Source: a virus (Duplodnaviria; Caudoviricetes). From it: a DNA stretch of 64,000 bases. Under the pieces are notes generated by a model. That model was not told the DNA's origin and did not search any database. It saw nothing but the letters and a program-made list of their open reading frames with translations. Of this stretch, positions 37,268 to 49,629 are shown piece by piece. Numbering within the stretch: position 1 is the first letter of the stretch; every line of letters starts with the position of its first letter. The DNA lies in IMG/VR virus record IMGVR_UViG_3300021256_000073, positions 1 through 64,000 of that record, one strand, 5' to 3'. Both the position numbers and the translations under genes were made by a program.

Positions 37268-40200
37268 GTGAATTAATAAGAACAGATACTGTATTTGGCA
37301 AAAGAGCCAATATAGTTGGTAATATTTCGGCAGACTTGGTGCTAGAATCCTTAGGGAATGTCTACATCAAGTCCCGAAATAGTGCCAAAACTCTTGAGGA
37401 AGTTATAAAGTCACTAGTATCTGATGATCTTAATACAACTTCCTCTAAAATATAGATAATAGATGGACTTGAGGAAGCTGGAAATTTAAAAGATGGTCTA
37501 TTAGTATATGATAAATCTAGTAAGATTCTATATCTAACATTAGATGGTTAGTTAATAGAACTTATTAACGTAACTCCAGAAGGAACTGGATTTGTTAAGA
37601 GGTCTGGAGATACAATGACCGGAAAGCTTTCTATAGAGGTTCCTAATGGCCCTCCATTATATGTAAATTCTACAGAACTAGTACAAAATCTTAATGCTAA
37701 TTACTTACAAGGAGAAACTGCTAAGAACTTTACACGTAGAGCTGTTAATGAAATTATAACAGGTAGTTGGAAGTTCTAGGCTCCTACTCAGTTTGGAGCT
37801 AATACCTTATTCTCATAGGATGCAGTTATAAATGGAAGTCTTGGTAGCTCAGATTTTGCAGGAGGTTTTGGAGGATATGGATGGAGACTTGAAGCCTCAA
37901 CTAATACACTTACTATAGATAATCTTGTAGTGCGTAAACTTATGAAAGTATATGAACTAGTTGTTAGTAGAATATCAGCAACTAATGGCTCTTTATGGGT
38001 ATCTAATGCTGGAAAAGTTTATAAAGCAGAACCCTTATTAATAGTAAGTAATATAGCAGGTTAGTCCGTAAATCTTGATGAGATTTAGACAGCTTATAGT
38101 GAAGAATTTACACAAATTACTGGATTTGATAAGGACCAGAAATTCGTGATAGTTACAGACCCTTCAACAGTAACTCTAACTACTAATGATGTGATGAGTT
38201 CAGAAGGAAGAGCAATGATAACTCCAGGAAGTGTATATAGTACAGCTAGTAGAAGAACTATGCGTCTTATTACTATTAAAGACCCTGAGCAGTTATATAA
38301 GTATGCTGTAGATGAAAATCAAAATAATGTTGTTGAAGCTGCAGTAGACTTTACAAATGTATATTATGGCAAAACAGAAGAAGAAATAGCAGCAATGCAA
38401 GAAGAAATAGCTGCAAACAATGAGTATAATCCAAATAATATGGATATGCTCAGCAATGAAGCTTTTTATTCTTAGTTACTGTTTGATCCAGACTTTAAGT
38501 TTGATGTAACTCTTCCAATAATTCCTAAGAACTATAATTAGGCATTTGAGATTTCAGAAGAGTACAGAAAGCAATCCTTAAAAGAACATGATGCTAACAA
38601 AGCAACAAAGGTTGCAGAAGCTAAACAAGCTATAAATGCCATTGGTATTACATAGTTTGATACTCAGTTAGCATCAGACTTTTTGGCTCCTAATGATGTC
38701 ATAGTATGTACAAAACCTTATTATAAATACTTCTGTAATGGAAATTTCTATTATATAGAGCTTGATAATGAATTTTTACCAACATTAGCAGTTGGAGATT
38801 TATTACGTTGCTAGAAATGGACATATGGAGGAATAAAATATTATGATGCTATAGTATGTGCACATCTTGGTGCTTATTCATTTATAATATAGCTTGGTAA
38901 CAGTTTCCAAGATAATACTAGTAGAATATATTATGATAATGATACATTACAGACTAAAGTAGAGGAGAATACTGAAATGTATAATACATCTTTGATAAAA
39001 GCTGCAGATCCATTTGGAACTGTAGAAAAAGATGATTCTCTAGTTTAGATAGGAAGTTTATGGGATGCTCAGAGACAAAATGCAGTATATATTACATCAA
39101 CTGATGATGGCGCCCCATACCTTGATGTTCTTGCAGGTATTAACAGACCTGACTACTCTGTAATATATTATGTACCATAGTTTAATACCATTAAATTAAA
39201 TGCTACTACTACAGGTAAGACTTCTGATAAGGTAAACATACCAGTACCTTTTACAGGTAATTACTATGTTTAGAATGGAGCTTATGAGTATGAGTATATA
39301 CTTGTAGACCATGTAGAATCTGGAGGAAGTACTCAGACATTGCTACTATCTAAAGGAAGTTCTCTGACAGAAGGTGTAGACTTAAATAGACGTTATTTAA
39401 GTACTTATCCAAACTATTATACATAGTTAGCTGATGTTGATGAGTACTATGAAATACTTCTTGAAGATGGAAGTATGATGCTTACTGAGGACGATAACTA
39501 CTTTATAAATGAAGAAGAAAGATATGGATTAAATTCTATAGCTACCAAAACAACAAAAGTACGACTTGGTAATCTGGATGGAATTCAAGACTCTACATTC
39601 CCAAAAGATAAACAACCTTATGGTTATGGTTTATATGGTTAGAATGTATTCCTAGTTGGAGAATTCTATTTAAATAATGGCCGTTCATTAGCTGATATAG
39701 GAAATGATGCTATTACTTTTGCTATAGCTGCAAGAGATGCATCGGAGCAAGGTATATATCAATTGTAGCAAGATTTAAAATCTGCCAAAACTGTACTTCA
39801 AAATAATATACAAAATGCAATTAATGAGTCTAAGTTATATACAGATGCTGGAATGCATAGAGTAGAAGATAGCTACTATAGTAAAACTTACTTAAAGACT
39901 GCAGGACTTAGTATATTTGATGCAGATGTAACAGAACAAGGTGTTACTACAAGAAGACCTGTAATGGCAATATGGGCAAACTGGATAATGATTGCCACAA
40001 CATAGGAAGAATTAGACGGAGTTGAAGGACATGAACCTACAGCTTTATTCCATGATGGAATAATAGATGCTAATTTTATTAGACTTTATGGAATGCATAG
40101 TAAGGAACATACCAAAGATTTCACTTATTACTTAGGAGAAGAAGTTGTAACATATGATTCTTCTGCAGACAAGTTCTATAAATAGGATAATACAGAACTA

Positions 40201-41775
40201 ACAGTAGATGAAACTACACAAGTTAAAAGAGTATATAAATATTATAAATGGGCAATAAATCCTAAGGGTGATGGTTACTTTGCATCAAATAATTTTAATT
40301 GGGATGAGGAAGGTAACATTGAAATCAGAGGTATGATTACTCTTGGAGGAAGTGATGATTCAGGCAGTGTTAGGAAAAACATTCTTAGAGTTCTAAATCT
40401 AAATGGTGAGGAAGTAGTTAATGTAGGAAACTATACTGCAAATAAAATACAAGATTGGCTTGAATCAAGTCCAGCACAATTCTGGAATTATGATAAAGTA
40501 TTCAATACCTCCTATGTTACTATACTGGATAAAAGTGGACTAAGTATTTCAAATCAAGTCTGTGAGTTAACATTAAAGGTAGCTAAAATATAGTATTCTT
40601 CAGTAATATAGGCATAGTTTTATATACAGCTATTTAATGGAGATACAGCTTTTACTTCTGAAACTGTTACATTATCATAGGAATAGAGTGTTACTTTATC
40701 TAGAGATTTAACTAACAGTGGCTAGTATGCATCTCAGACAGTTACAAGAATATTAATCCAGGTTAGGAAATATACAACCACTCCTCTTAGAACAAGAGGT
40801 ATATAGGATAATGTTCCTACACCATATCCTTATGAAGATATTGTAGATGAAGACTATGAAAGTGGTAGTTCTGGAGGAGGCTCTAGTAGTGGAGGAGGTT
40901 CCGCTATGCAATCTATTATATCAGGATATGTACAAGCTAGAGTTGCCACCACACAAAAGACTTAGATAGGTGCAGATTTCTTAGGTGTTAGTCCAGATCC
41001 TAATACTTTCCTATGGGCAGGACAAGACTGCTTAATGCAAATTAAAGGAGGATCTCTTAGTGACCCAGGTACTGTTAAATTCTCTGGATTTTAGGTAACA
41101 AAGGATGAAATATACTTTGCAATTGGTCAACAAATCGTAGGAGTAAGTGACTTGAGAAGTTATATAAAAACTGATACATTACATACAAGTTTGACTCTTG
41201 CATCAATTGCTGATAGAAGAGCACAAAATATAAGTATGTCATTCAACTAGCAAACAGAAGCTGGAAGTGATGATTATAGTTTAGCAAAAGTAGAATAGGA
41301 TGTTTATTCTATTAGAAACTTAAATATGCTTATAGAGGGAAGAGTATCTAAAACATATATAGTATGGATTCGCCCATCTTCTAATATTGAACCTGGATAT
41401 ACAATAAGTATAAGTAATACTATAATGTAGAACCACGAAGGAACTTTCTTATTATGTTGTACAAGTGATGTCAAGACAATAACTGGCTAGCTCAGAACAA
41501 TAGAAGTTCCTAGATGGTGGAATACTGATATGAGTACTAAATCAGATACTAACCCTGGAGATGAATGTAATATAAGAGTAGATTTCCCATATAGATAGGT
41601 TATTGAGTATGGTAGTGATGATTTTGGATCAGCCTATACTGAAGAAATATTTAAATATAATGTTACTTGGACAAAATTTGTACTACTTTATAAAGAAGAC
41701 GACTACCTTACTAGAACCCCTTAGGGATTTAAATTAATGTATTTAGGAAGCAATCGATGGAAACTTTTAAGATGA
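37264..41775 (+). CDS. large tail protein (1503 aa)
   Basis: FAGGFGGYGWRL...LTIDNLVVRKLMKVYELVV...NGSLWVSNAGK, GDLLRCQ, APYLDV, KVRLGNLDG and GYGLYGQNVFL motifs typical of Bacteroidota phage tail proteins. Confidence 0.75.
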
Positions 41776-42077
41776 ATATAAAGGAAAGACTATCTCTTTT
41801 ACAGTTACTTCCAACTTAGGGAAGCATTACTGAGATGGTTGATGTGTATGATTTAGCTAGGGAGCTAAAATTAAGTGATGATGAGAAGGGATTGATTAAC
41901 TATTCTGAAGATGATAACAATATTAGATGGGATTCTACTAAAGACCCAAATAAAGAGATTAATATTAATTCTAGTCAATATAAGATACTTATGGAATCTA
42001 TAGATAAATTAGATTCTCAAAAATAGATTCCATTATCTATGATACCACTAATTTTAAAACTAAAACACAATGGCTGA
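41772..42077 (+). CDS. hypothetical protein (101 aa)
   Basis: MNIKERLSLLQLLPTQGSITEM...; coupled at both ends. Confidence 0.75.
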
Positions 42078-42591
42078 TTTTAAGAAATTAATTCCACATG
42101 TACTTAAATGGGAAGGTGGATGGTCAAATGATCCAAATGATAAGGGAGGTCCTACAATGAAAGGCATTACCTTAGCCACTTACACTGCTTATCGTGCTAA
42201 GAAAGGATTAAAAGCACCTTCACTTGCTCAATTAAAAGCTATTAGTAAAGAAGAATGGGAAGACATATTTAAGAGTATGTATTGGGATAGATGGAAGGCT
42301 GACGAGATAAAAAGTCAATCTATTGCTAATCTAGTTGTAGATTGGTTATGGACAAGTGGTGTTTATGGCATTAAATACCCTTAGAAAGTACTTGGACTAC
42401 TAGATGATGGAGTAGTTGGACCTAAAACACTTGCAGCTATAAATGGCTATTAGAACCAAGTAGAGCTCTTTAAACTTTTATGGAAGAGACGCGAACAACA
42501 CTTTACTGCTATTGCCAACTCCCGCCCAGAGAATAAAAAGTTCTTAAAAGGATGGTTGAATCGTCTAAATGATATGAAGTATACAGATTAA
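42070..42591 (+). CDS. endolysin, glycoside hydrolase family 108 with PG-binding domain (173 aa)
   Basis: WEGGWSNDPNDKGGPTMKGIT, DGVVGPKTLAAIN and KFLKGWLNRL; TAG at 42382 and 42451. Confidence 0.92.
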
Positions 42592-42599
42592 TAAGGAAT

Positions 42600-42670
42600 A
42601 CTCTATGTTCAGATATGTATTATCTTAATTTTCACATATAAGATGCTGCATATTTTGAATATAGAGTTTT
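42600..42670 (+). terminator. long imperfect hairpin after the endolysin (terminator or structured RNA)
   Basis: ACTCTATGTTCAGATATGTATTATCTTA pairs with TAAGATGCTGCATATTTTGAATATAGAGT, mostly via G-U wobbles; followed by TTT. Confidence 0.55.
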
Positions 42671-42683
42671 CTATATATATTTG
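42654..42683 (+). promoter_or_regulatory. Bacteroidota sigmaA-type promoter for the capsid operon
   Basis: TTTG at 42654-42657, 18-nt spacer, TATATTTG at 42676-42683. Confidence 0.55.
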
Positions 42684-42709
42684 TGATGTACTATAAATTA
42701 ATATGAATT

Positions 42710-43798
42710 ATGCCAATAGGAATTGATGATTTAGACTTTTATGAGGAAGAGCAGTTGCAGGAACCACCTGTAAGTGAATAGACTCCTCCTGAAACTCCTC
42801 CAGCTAGTGAGGAAAAACCATTAGATAACCAAAATAATAATACACCTCAACCTGGTGGAGCTACACCTCCTCCAGCAGCAGAGGAAGAAGATATAATTAC
42901 AACATTATTAAAAGAAAAAGGTATAAATGACCCTACAAAGATTAAATTTGAGGGAGATAATAATGAAACAGTCGACAGAGATTGGAATGACCTTTCTAGA
43001 GAAGAGCAGCTTAATATTTTAAGATAGTCAACAACTCAGACAGAGCCTCCAACAGAGGAAAACGATTTGTCAGATGAGGAGATTGAGTTCTTGAATATGT
43101 TACGTACTAACAATTTAAGTCCAGCCCAATATTTAGAGCAGGTTAGAAATTCTGTTCAACCAGAATCTACACCAAGCTATACTGTAGATGACTTGTCAGA
43201 TGATGATTTATACGTTTTAGATTTGCAAGCTAGAGTAGAAGGTATTACTGAGGAACAGCTCGCTAAGTCACTTGAAAATGCTAAGCAAGATGAAGCTTTA
43301 TTTGCTAAGCAGATGCAAGGTATCCGTAAGGAATACAAGGATTTGGAAGACCAGAATCGTCAGCAGGAAGAACTCCGTCTACAGCAACAGCAAGAAGAAC
43401 AATATCAGCAATTCTCTAATACTATTCTAGGTGAGATTGACAAACTAAACTCAATCGCTGGACTAGATATAGAATTAGAACAAGACGATAAAGAACAGCT
43501 CGCCCAGTTTATCCTTGGAAGAGATGAAGCAGGCGTAAGTAATTTAGGAAAGGTACTAAACGACCCAGAATCACTAGTACTAATGGCTTGGTATGCTTTA
43601 AATGGTGACCAAGTAGTAGATGATATTACAACAATGTATCAGAATGCTCTTAAGAAAGCTAAACAAGATGCTTATAATAAGGGACTTGAAGATGGTAAGA
43701 AGGGTATTCAACCTGGACACGTTGTTGTAACCCCACCTCAAAAGAAAGAAGAGGCTCCTAAGAAGGAGATATCTTCAATCGATGATTTGGATTTTTAA
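42710..43798 (+). CDS. acidic scaffold-like protein preceding the MCP (362 aa)
   Basis: Very acidic, Pro-rich N-terminus and coiled coil; directly upstream of the MCP; TAG at 42779 and 43025. Confidence 0.75.
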
Positions 43799-43825
43799 TT
43801 TTTAACTTAAAATAAGATTTTAATT

Positions 43826-45247
43826 ATGATTGTAGCTAATTTTGTAACAAACAGATCTACTATGTCTGAAACAAGAACCTACGAGGACTTCTATAAGTTC
43901 CTAGGTACTCAGCCTTATAAGTTAGGCGTAGTTTCAAGACTTTACCCTGAGTTAACTGCTTCTTATCTCACAGAATCACTTAGAAACATTTTCTATCAGG
44001 ATAGAAAACAAGGTAATAAGTATCAGTCAATTGACGCTATGTACTTTGAGTGGGAAGTAGAAACTAACTATATTAAGAGAGTTGAATTCGCTGCAGTTCC
44101 TGAGCAAGATGGAGCTGATGGAAGCGAAATCGTAATGGCTTTCAAAGAAAGATATTATGAGAAGTATGACATCTTCAAGATTGATGAAACAGGTCAGCAA
44201 TGTTTCGTTGTAGCACGTCCAGTTCGTAAGGCTGATGATTACTGGGAAGTAACAGTTCGTCTTATTGACAATGACTATAAGTCAGTACTTGACCTTAGTG
44301 GTTGTCAGATTGGTATGACTACAAGATTCCAGTCTAACGCTATGCCTGAAATGCACGAGGAAGGTTACGTTAAGTATCAGTCTAACATTGAGAAGCATAG
44401 AAACTACATCACAACTCACCGTGTTGATGATAGCTATTCTGCTCAGTATGGTGCTTTCGAGGACAAGTTCATTTCTATCGGTGAAGGTAAAGGTCAAGGT
44501 AATCTAACTGAGACTATTTATAGAATGGATAAGTTAGAGAAGAACCTTCTTGACAACTTCCTATATGTAAGAAATAATGGTTTGCTTTTCAATAAGACTA
44601 ACGTTGATGTAAATGGCAAGCCAACTATTTCTGATCCAGATACAGGTCGTCCTATCTACATTGGTGATGGTATCATTCCACAGGTTGAAAGATTCGCTAG
44701 CAAGTATGCATTCGTTAAGCTAACTATTGATGTATTCAATGTAGTTATCGCTACTTTGAATGAGAAAGCTAAGAAACCTACAGGTAACAAGTACATGTTC
44801 ATCTGTAATGAAAGAATGTGGAACCTAATCCAAACTGTTCTTGGTGATTTCCTCGCTAAGTATAAGACAGAAGGAACATATATTTACAGTAAGCAAGCTA
44901 ATGACTACATTAAAGTTGGTGCTACATTTGATTCTTATGAGTATGGTGGTAACCAAATCAGCTTTAAGGTAGATAGAACATTCTCAAGAGAGTATGGATT
45001 CCAGAAAGCTTATTGCTTATGCTTAGATTTAACTGCTGATGCTACTGAGGCTGAGCCACCAATCCAGATGTTTACATTAAAGGGTGGTGACTTTATCACT
45101 AACAAATACCTTGGTGTAGGTGGACGTAATGGACTAAGCTCTGGTGAGGTTTCAAGTCCAGTTGCTGCTTCTAAGGTTATCAACTGGGGTTACTCAGGTG
45201 TTGGTGTATTCAATCCTTACAGAAGCTTCATTCTAAGAGAAGTGTGA
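43826..45247 (+). CDS. major capsid protein (473 aa)
   Basis: Size, position after the scaffold-like gene, crAss-type motifs (YFEWEV, GRPIYIGDGIIPQ), strong codon bias, no TAG, downstream hairpin. Confidence 0.9.
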   Translation: MIVANFVTNRSTMSETRTYEDFYKFLGTQPYKLGVVSRLYPELTASYLTESLRNIFYQDRKQGNKYQSIDAMYFEWEVETNYIKRVEFAAVPEQDGADGSEIVMAFKERYYEKYDIFKIDETGQQCFVVARPVRKADDYWEVTVRLIDNDYKSVLDLSGCQIGMTTRFQSNAMPEMHEEGYVKYQSNIEKHRNYITTHRVDDSYSAQYGAFEDKFISIGEGKGQGNLTETIYRMDKLEKNLLDNFLYVRNNGLLFNKTNVDVNGKPTISDPDTGRPIYIGDGIIPQVERFASKYAFVKLTIDVFNVVIATLNEKAKKPTGNKYMFICNERMWNLIQTVLGDFLAKYKTEGTYIYSKQANDYIKVGATFDSYEYGGNQISFKVDRTFSREYGFQKAYCLCLDLTADATEAEPPIQMFTLKGGDFITNKYLGVGGRNGLSSGEVSSPVAASKVINWGYSGVGVFNPYRSFILREV

Positions 45248-45268
45248 TAAATAATAGTTCGAGATAAG

Positions 45269-45297
45269 GGAAGTGGGGCTTATAATCCCCCACTTCC
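45269..45297 (+). terminator. hairpin/terminator after the MCP
   Basis: GGAAGTGGGG pairs with CCCCACTTCC (10 bp); AT-rich tail. Confidence 0.7.
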
Positions 45298-45324
45298 ATA
45301 TTTATAATTTATTCAAATGTTAAT

Positions 45325-46176
45325 ATGAGTATGCAAAAAGAAAACTACATAGTTTTACGTAGTGTTTATGGTAAAGTAGGAATAAAATATTATATACAGC
45401 CATGTAAAGATCCAAAAACAGGCAGATATCCTGATTGTGTAAAGGCTACTAATTCTTTAGGAGATTTACTTCTTACTGATGCCGAAAGAAATAGTGGAAG
45501 ATACTTCGTTAAAGAGGGAGAGCAGATTATCGTTGAAGATGGAACAGTATTTAATCTTGACGATGAGATTTAGGCTGCTCAGTGGGAGGCTATCAAGCAC
45601 TGTCCTCTTATTGCTCCAGAAAGATGGGCTAAAGATTCAAATGGTAACTATCTAATTGATGGTACAATGGATTGGAAAGCTAAGAAACCACGTTATGGTG
45701 TTGCTGAGCTTTATGTAGACCGTCCAGGAGAAGAAGTTAAACTACGTGTTTCTAAGAAGAAGAAGATTTTGCAGGCTTCCGACTTCATTATTAATGATGA
45801 TAATGGTGTAGACGGAAGACTTACAATGGCTAAGATTTTAGGTAAAAAGATGTCAGGTCAGTCTGATGCTGATGTTGAAGATTATCTATTGCAAATAGCC
45901 GAGAAAGACCCAGATAAGATTATTAAGCTATACACAGGAGGCGATCTTACTTTACGTATTCTTCTTGTTGATGCTCGTGAGGCTGGAATCATCTTTGTAC
46001 GCGACAAGATGTATTGGTACAGTGATAAAATTCTAGGTGGAACAGATGATGCAGCTATTACTTGGATGAAAAATCCAAAGAATAAAAAAATCTTAGAACT
46101 TATTAAGAAAGATACTTATCCACATTTGTACCCTGATACAGTAGATGAACCTCAGGGAAAAGATAAGGCAAAATAA
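45325..46176 (+). CDS. conserved hypothetical protein after the MCP (283 aa)
   Basis: Two same-frame fragments joined by TAG at 45571. Confidence 0.8.
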
Positions 46177-46196
46177 ACTAATAAAGTTTATAAACA

Positions 46197-47282
46197 ATGA
46201 CCGCAAGACAGGTTTATGAAGGAGTTTTAATTGAATTAAATAAAGTTAATGCTCCTAGCTTACTACTAGAAGATTTTAATTACTTCTTTAACAAGGCCGT
46301 TGACTAGTATGTAAATAAGCGTTACAATGCTTATGATATTAATCAGCAAACTACTGATGATGTTAGAGTTTTAAAATCTACAATAGCTCTTGAAGTTCAG
46401 AATAACAATAATTCTAACAATGTAGATGTAACTCTGAAGGGTGCTCTTTACAATTCTATTTATGAATTTGACTTACCTTCAGATTACCTACACCTACTAA
46501 ACTGCATTTGTGAGTATAAGGTTACTAAACCATTTAAATGCTACGATGCAAATACCTATGTACAATTCCCAGCAGAGAGACTTACTGCTGATAGCTGGTC
46601 TACTGTAATTAACAACGTTTATACACGTCCTACTTATAAGAGACCATACTACTACTTGCATAACGTAAATAGAGACCTTATTTCTACTACTGCTGGAGAT
46701 CCTCCTGCAACTACATATAGTGATAGTTCTGCCCATATTTACAATGGAACTAGTGGAAATTCTGTTCCACAGGGCAATATTAATATTCCTACTGACCCTT
46801 ATGGTTCAGATATTACCGAAATAGGAGTATCTAATATCACTGATAAGAAAGGTAATAAGTATGTAGATCCAACCTCTGTAGATGGAGGTATTAGCAGAAT
46901 AATTGATATCAAGAATCCTAAGGGAGGTACATCAGTTCAAGCTAATGCTGTAGAAAGAGTTGGACAATTACGTTATGGTAACCCAGGTAATGTACGTATT
47001 GAAATTAGATACGGAAAAGATAACTCTCTTTTCCAGCTTGAAAGAGTTTATGTAGATTATATTAAGGCTCCTCAATATATAAGACTAACTCAAGAACAGT
47101 TAGACTTAACAGAAGATACTTCTCAAATGATGGAGTTCCCAGATTACGTATGTCAAGAGATTATTAATGAGTTGGTGCACATTGTAATGGAGAATGGTAA
47201 GGATGACAGATTACCAGCCCATGCTCAAGTTTCTCAATCTATTGCCAATCCAACTCAGCAATAGGAACAGCCTAAGCGCTAA
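46197..47282 (+). CDS. tail ring/adaptor-like protein (361 aa)
   Basis: EDFNYFFNKA, LPSDYLHLL, VDYIKAP and EFPDYVCQEIINELV; synteny with crAss ring proteins. Confidence 0.7.
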
Positions 47283-47303
47283 TTTTAATTTAATTTAAAA
47301 GTT

Positions 47304-48221
47304 ATGTTTCAATTTACAACAACAACTATCTTAAATAGTCTTCAGGACTATAATGATTCTAGTAAAAACCTTATTGGTGAGGTTAAAGACGGTGCTACCG
47401 TAATTGGAATTCACATCAAGAGAGATTTTAAGTTCTTGGCCGCTAATGTTGAGGCTATTTACAAGAGAGCTGCTTATGATCCAGAAATGGCAGAAGCTAC
47501 TATCGATCTAACAGAAGTTACTGCTCCTGTAGAAGATACTACTTTCAGAATTGCAGTTTATATAAGACTTTCAGGTTCACAGAATTCATATTATGCAAAT
47601 GACTTCGTTTTCAAAGGCAAGCCATTCTATATTGAGTTCCTCTGGAGAGTAGGTGAGACAGCTGCTAATGTAGCTAAGAAAGTAATCAAGGTAGCTAAGA
47701 AATATCAGCAAATGGTTTATGAATATCAGTTACTTGATATTACAGAATCAGCTGGTGTAGTAACAATCAAAGGTACAGATGAATATCAGACTCTTACTAA
47801 GGTTGACTTAGAGAAGTTTGATGTAAATGCAGGTCCTTGGCAGGAAGGTGGACACGTTGGTGAGTTTATCCCAGTTGACACTCTTGATGAGGAAAGTGTT
47901 TATCATACTGGAGACGTTGTTACTCTAGTTAAGCAGGCTAAACAAGGTTTCGGTACATACCGCAACATGATTAAAGATTACAGACTTCCTACTGCTGCAA
48001 ATACTCGCTGGACAAAGATTATTCAGGACGAGACTCCAGTTGTAGGTGCAAAATACAATCAGTACACTATTGTACAGTGTGTCAATAGAGGTATTATGGG
48101 TGGAGATGCTGTTGGTGAAGTTGCTAAATCTAAGACTACTCACGTATTCTTCGTTAAGCAAGACCTAGCTACAGCTTTCGAAGCTGAACTCGCAAAGATT
48201 GGTACAGTTGAAACTGTTTGA
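47304..48221 (+). CDS. abundant structural protein, probably auxiliary capsid protein (305 aa)
   Basis: No TAG, MCP-like codon bias, own terminator; product inferred from synteny. Confidence 0.65.
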   Translation: MFQFTTTTILNSLQDYNDSSKNLIGEVKDGATVIGIHIKRDFKFLAANVEAIYKRAAYDPEMAEATIDLTEVTAPVEDTTFRIAVYIRLSGSQNSYYANDFVFKGKPFYIEFLWRVGETAANVAKKVIKVAKKYQQMVYEYQLLDITESAGVVTIKGTDEYQTLTKVDLEKFDVNAGPWQEGGHVGEFIPVDTLDEESVYHTGDVVTLVKQAKQGFGTYRNMIKDYRLPTAANTRWTKIIQDETPVVGAKYNQYTIVQCVNRGIMGGDAVGEVAKSKTTHVFFVKQDLATAFEAELAKIGTVETV

Positions 48222-48228
48222 TTTATAT

Positions 48229-48260
48229 GGGCAGGGGCTCGATTGCCCTTGCCCTTTTTT
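48229..48260 (+). terminator. intrinsic terminator
   Basis: GGGCAGGGGC-TCGATT-GCCCTTGCCC followed by TTTTTT. Confidence 0.88.
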
Positions 48261-48265
48261 ATTTT

Positions 48266-48937
48266 ATGTATATAAAGAAATTAGCAGACGCAATATACAA
48301 CGATGTTGTATCAGGTCTTTAGGGATACCATCATAACCCATCCATGTCAATGGAATAGCTGGAAGATGATGTAGTTGATGAGCGTCTTCAAATAATAAGT
48401 GAATATATCCATAAAGGAACACTTCCTTTTAAAGACTTATTAATAGCTATCAATTGTATTCCAGTTGATTGTAAAGACCTTGAAAAGTGTAGATGTAGAG
48501 AAACTACAGGTACTCCTATGGCACACTTTGAAATGCCTCAAACTATAAATGGAACTCGCTCTATAGATTATATAGGCTCTATAGATAAGCAGCTTCCATT
48601 TATGTTCTATACTTCAATATATTAGAAAGACTTCTATCATAAATATAGAAAGAGAGGTAAGGATAAGCCATATGTATGGATTGATACAACTCCAAATGAA
48701 AATGGAATGTATGATGGATACATATTTAATGCTCCTATGATTAAATAGATATCTGTAGTTGCTATATTTAAGGACCCAAGACAATTAGAAGATTATAGCT
48801 GCTGTAGTGATTTAGATGATGATAACTACTCTGCCCTTAATAATGAGATTAAGAGAAGACTTACCGAGAAGAAACTACGTTATTATCGTCAATTAGCTAT
48901 GTAGCCTCAACCTAATGATCAAACTTATCAGCCATAA
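48266..48937 (+). CDS. putative tail ring protein (223 aa; absent from ORF track)
   Basis: MYIKKLADAIYNDVVSG...VAIFKDPR...QPNDQ; several TAG; TAATG coupling. Confidence 0.7.
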
Positions 48938-49629
48938 TGGAAAAGTTCGGATACGCAATGTTCTTAGCTAATGAGCTTTATGATTTAGAGCTCCTTCCCG
49001 ATGACTTTGAGGAAATTGGCCTGGTGGCTTTTAATAGGATTGGGAATAAAAGATAGAGATTATATAGATATTGTACTGAAGTAGATTGCAAAACTAATAC
49101 TATAAAGTTACCTTGTAATTGTGATGAAATTGAAGCAATTACATATGGATTTGAAGATTGGAACTTTGTTTCTAATATGTATCCAAATGGAGATTCTTAC
49201 TCTTCTTGGGTTGAAGACTATATAGAATCAAGGAAAGCATTTGAAAATCCATTATACATAAGTGGACGTTTTGTAAGATACGAAAGAGTAGGAGATACAC
49301 TATATTTAGATGGAAGTTATAAAGGCAAGATATTCATTCTTTATAGAGGAGATATTCTCGATGATGATGGTCTTCCAGAAATAACAGAAGAAGAAGCCGA
49401 TGCTATAGCAGCATTTTGTGCATATACTATTAAGTTTAAGGATGCAATTAAAAATAATAATCCTAATACCATGAAGATGGCTGAATATCTTAAGAGAGAA
49501 TGGCTAACTAAATGCTCTCAAGCTAGATTACCATAGTATATATCACAGAATGAGTGGAATGAAATCCTAGATGCTAAAGTCAATTGGAATAGAAAAATTT
49601 ATAATAAATCTTATAAACCTTTAAAATAA
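48937..49629 (+). CDS. putative tail ring/tubular protein (230 aa)
   Basis: KLPCNC, ILYRG...DDDGLPEI and EWLTKCSQAR. Confidence 0.7.

Noticed and set aside
9765-42591. Portal and MCP separated by ~33 kb as a novel gene order
   Set aside because: Fibre genes between portal and MCP occur in other crAss-like phages; only the block size stands out.
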